A DNA stretch of 64,000 bases from Ignatzschineriaceae bacterium (GTDB taxonomy: Bacteria > Pseudomonadota > Gammaproteobacteria > Cardiobacteriales > Wohlfahrtiimonadaceae). Below are positions 61,877 through 64,000 of the stretch, in pieces; position 1 is the stretch's first letter, and the number at the start of each line of letters is the position of its first letter. The DNA lies in NCBI GenBank assembly GCA_046462535.1, contig JBKGVF010000016.1, positions 11,363-75,362 of the forward strand, given 5' to 3'. The notes under the pieces were generated by a model. That model saw nothing but the letters and a program-made list of their open reading frames with translations, searched no databases and had not been told where the DNA came from. Both the position numbers and the translations under genes were made by a program.

Positions 61877-62892
61877 TGATATTTTCAGCCTATAAAAACC
61901 CCTACTATAACCCTAACAAACAGCATCATCGCCCTAACGGCTTTGATAATTTAGAGCCTACTCCTCTGTTACAAGGCTCAGAGCTATGGCGCTGGTACCG
62001 CAATAATCGCAAAAAAGGATTGCCCCGTCCCCCTCATGGTGGATATCCAACCTTTCAAAAGTTGTGGGTTACCCAACCGGACTTTAATCTAACTGGAGAT
62101 CGAGTCTGGTGGCTATTTCATTCCACACTACTCTTTAAGTTCGGTGACCAATTTTTTCTTACCGATCCTATCTTTTCACAACGCTGCTCACCCCTACAAT
62201 TTTTAGGACCAAAACGGAAGACAAACCCCCTCTTTACACTTGAGGATCTCCCTAAAATTACGGCAATCCTCATCTCCCACAATCATTATGATCACCTCGA
62301 TCGCAATACGATCCGCTGGTTTATTCGTCATCATCCCGAGATCTCCTTTATTGTTCCACTAGGCTTAAAGCGGTGGTTTACCCGACTAGGAGCAAAAATG
62401 GTAACAGAGCTCGACTGGTGGGATCAACAGCCCTTTACACTTAACCAAGACCCCCTTACTAAAGTGACCATTACTGCCTTACCAGCACATCATTGGAGTA
62501 AACGAACACTTTGGGATAGTAAACGAACCTTATGGTGTGGCTATATGTTGACCTACCAAGGGGGTAATCACTACTTTGCTGGAGATACCGCCTACTTTAA
62601 GAGTATTACTCAAATTGGTGATGCCTTTCCTATCAACACTGCCTTTATCCCAATTGGGGCTTATCTTCCAAGACAATTTATGAAGAATCAACATAGCAGC
62701 CCTAAAGAAGGGATGAGAATTTTACGCGAAGTGGGGGCAGAAAAGATGGTACCCATCCATTGGGGTACCTTTGAGTTGGCAAATGATGGCCTCGATGGTG
62801 CCCTACGAGGCTTGGATAACTGGCTAGAGCGTACACCTGAGTTTGGGCAAAGAGTAAGCATTTTAAAGATGGGAGAGGCTCTCCCCCTATAA
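61876..62892 (+). CDS. MBL-fold metallo-hydrolase (NAPE-PLD-like)
   Basis: 338 aa. HxHxDH motif ISHNHYDHLD and later His/Asp ligands (HHW, GDT, PIHWGTF). The start overlaps the yicC stop (TAATG). Confidence 0.8.
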   Translation: MIFSAYKNPYYNPNKQHHRPNGFDNLEPTPLLQGSELWRWYRNNRKKGLPRPPHGGYPTFQKLWVTQPDFNLTGDRVWWLFHSTLLFKFGDQFFLTDPIFSQRCSPLQFLGPKRKTNPLFTLEDLPKITAILISHNHYDHLDRNTIRWFIRHHPEISFIVPLGLKRWFTRLGAKMVTELDWWDQQPFTLNQDPLTKVTITALPAHHWSKRTLWDSKRTLWCGYMLTYQGGNHYFAGDTAYFKSITQIGDAFPINTAFIPIGAYLPRQFMKNQHSSPKEGMRILREVGAEKMVPIHWGTFELANDGLDGALRGLDNWLERTPEFGQRVSILKMGEALPL

Positions 62893-62907
62893 ATTTTTAT
62901 TTTATCC

Positions 62908-62915
62908 TGTATAAT
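62908..62915 (+). promoter_or_regulatory. Candidate extended -10 element (TGTATAAT) for tRNA-Arg
   Basis: The TG-TATAAT ends 16 nt before the mature tRNA 5' end, in an AT-rich upstream region. Confidence 0.45.
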
Positions 62916-62931
62916 ACCTCTATTATCTTTT

Positions 62932-63008
62932 GCGCCTATAGCTCAGTTGGATAGAGTGTTGGTTTCCGAAACCAAAGGTCAGAGGTTCGATCCCTCTTAG
63001 GCGCGCCA
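62932..63008 (+). tRNA. tRNA-Arg (anticodon CCG)
   Basis: GCGCCTATAGCTCAGTTGGATAGAGTGTTGGTTTCCGAAACCAAAGGTCAGAGGTTCGATCCCTCTTAGGCGCGCCA folds as a cloverleaf with 7-bp acceptor stem GCGCCTA/TAGGCGC, anticodon loop TTCCGAA and T-loop GGTTCGATCC. CCA is encoded. Confidence 0.93.
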
Positions 63009-63018
63009 CCTAATCATG

Positions 63019-63054
63019 AAAGCGGTTTAATAGATCTTATTAAACCGCTTTTTT
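63019..63054 (+). terminator. Rho-independent terminator after tRNA-Arg
   Basis: 13-bp perfect arms aaagcggtttaat and attaaaccgcttt, a 7-nt loop, then a T-run. Confidence 0.85.
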
Positions 63055-63142
63055 ATCCTACCTAAATCCCCTCTCTAATCTACTCTTATCTTGCTTTATC
63101 GACATACAGGTATTAGATAAAAGCTACTTATCTCCTCACATA

Positions 63143-63174
63143 TAAAAAAGCCCCCTTACGCTAATAAGGAGGCC
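63143..63174 (-). terminator. Rho-independent terminator of htpX
   Basis: The minus-strand transcript reads gcctcctta-ttagcg-taagggggc followed by tttttt. One mismatch in the 9-bp stem. Confidence 0.7.
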
Positions 63175-63207
63175 TACTCTATTTTATAACCCTGTAGAAG
63201 AGTTAGT

Positions 63208-64000
63208 TTATTGTTTTCTTAACGCCGCAATACGACGCTCTAAGGGAGGATGGGTACTAAAGAGGGATGCAAATCCTCCTGCAATACCAAATGCTTTTAA
63301 CTCATCAGGAAGATCACTCTCTCTTCGTGCTCCTCTTTGTAATGCCTCTAAAGCCCTTGCCATCTGCTCCGCTGACGTTAATTTCGCTCCTCCAGCATCG
63401 GCACGATACTCTCGATAACGACTAAAGGCACTCGTAATTAGCTGAGCTAAGAAGCCAAAGAGAAGCTGAAAGAGCATCTCAAACATAATTTGACTACCGT
63501 GACTACTACGTTGATTCCCCTCATTACCACGATTAGCCACTATAGCCGCTAACACCTTACTCAAAAAGATCACAAAGGTATTCACAACCCCCTGTAGCAG
63601 CATCATCGTCACCATATCACCATTGGCAACGTGGGCCATCTCATGCCCTATTACCGCCTCCATCTCATCACGCGTCATCACTTTCGTTAAGCCTGTACTA
63701 ATCGCCACTAGTGAATCATTCTTACTTGCTCCTGTGGCAAACGCATTGGGCGATGGGGAGTTGAATATCCCTACCTCTGGAGTCTTAATCCCTAATCGTC
63801 TTGCCTGCTGCTCTACAACCCCTAAATACCAACGCTCAAATTCTGTTGAGGGGGTTGTAATAATCTGCACCCCCATCGAGCGTTTTGCCATACTTTTAGA
63901 ACGCTGTAATGAAATAAAAGAGCCTGCAAATCCGATTAAACTTGCTATAAAAAGTAGACCAATATAACTCTCTTGCCCACCTAACGCCTCTTCAATACCC
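63208..64000 (-). CDS. htpX: Zinc metalloprotease HtpX (5' end beyond window end)
   Basis: HEMAHVANGDMVTM (HExxH), NAFATGASKNDSLVA and FSTHPPLERRI closely parallel E. coli HtpX. The frame stays open upstream of the ORF caller's Met (…LLFIASLIGFAGSFISLQRSKSMAKRS…) to position 64000, so the N-terminal TM region runs off the window. Confidence 0.93.
   Translation of the reverse strand, partial: GIEEALGGQESYIGLLFIASLIGFAGSFISLQRSKSMAKRSMGVQIITTPSTEFERWYLGVVEQQARRLGIKTPEVGIFNSPSPNAFATGASKNDSLVAISTGLTKVMTRDEMEAVIGHEMAHVANGDMVTMMLLQGVVNTFVIFLSKVLAAIVANRGNEGNQRSSHGSQIMFEMLFQLLFGFLAQLITSAFSRYREYRADAGGAKLTSAEQMARALEALQRGARRESDLPDELKAFGIAGGFASLFSTHPPLERRIAALRKQ

Noticed and set aside
63623-63967. 114-aa plus-strand ORF opposite htpX
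   Set aside because: It is an antisense shadow of htpX, whose frame shows the HExxH motif and end-to-end similarity to E. coli HtpX.

Overview
This window reads as an ordinary chromosomal core segment of a Gammaproteobacterium with moderate GC. By hand translation and motif recognition I place 60 protein-coding genes and 2 tRNAs, almost all housekeeping. Left to right: tmk(partial)-mltG-fabF-acpP-fabG; zapD-coaE-pilD-pilC; tRNA-Leu-secG-tpiA; a contiguous elongasome cluster mreBCD-mrdA-rodA-mltB-rlpA-dac; pckA; a lone penicillin-G-acylase-type gene; rsmC-rsuA-pilB; phoH-ybeY; cmoBA; tatBA; gpmI-ctpA-uvrA; sufT-sufU; accD-folC-dedD-cvpA; ubiG and a yciK-like SDR; two M16 peptidases; a DinG/YoaA helicase; plsY; rpoN; a CpxRA-like two-component pair; rluB; a yadGH-like ABC-2 exporter; mlaA; rsmE-gshB; usp; an M42 peptidase; yicC; an MBL hydrolase; tRNA-Arg; htpX(partial). 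I saw no rRNA, CRISPR array, transposase, integrase, phage gene, toxin-antitoxin pair or recognisable defence system. I found no convincing undescribed multi-gene system, and I am not claiming one. The most noteworthy points are architectural or regulatory: (1) a compact triad of DnaA boxes forming a hairpin-capable palindrome upstream of the DinG/YoaA helicase gene; (2) the pilBCD operon is split, with pilB about 17 kb away and apparently co-transcribed with rsuA-rsmC; (3) tatA-tatB without tatC, and a C-terminally extended TatB; (4) rpoN outside its usual lptB/hpf/ptsN context; (5) an isolated acylase gene with its own terminators; (6) an orphan sufU-sufT pair plus an unassigned terminator-like hairpin; (7) several perfect palindromes in promoter regions. 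All coordinates for hairpins and motifs were counted by hand. No database search was possible, so family assignments rest on remembered motifs and similarity to well-known E. coli and B. subtilis proteins.
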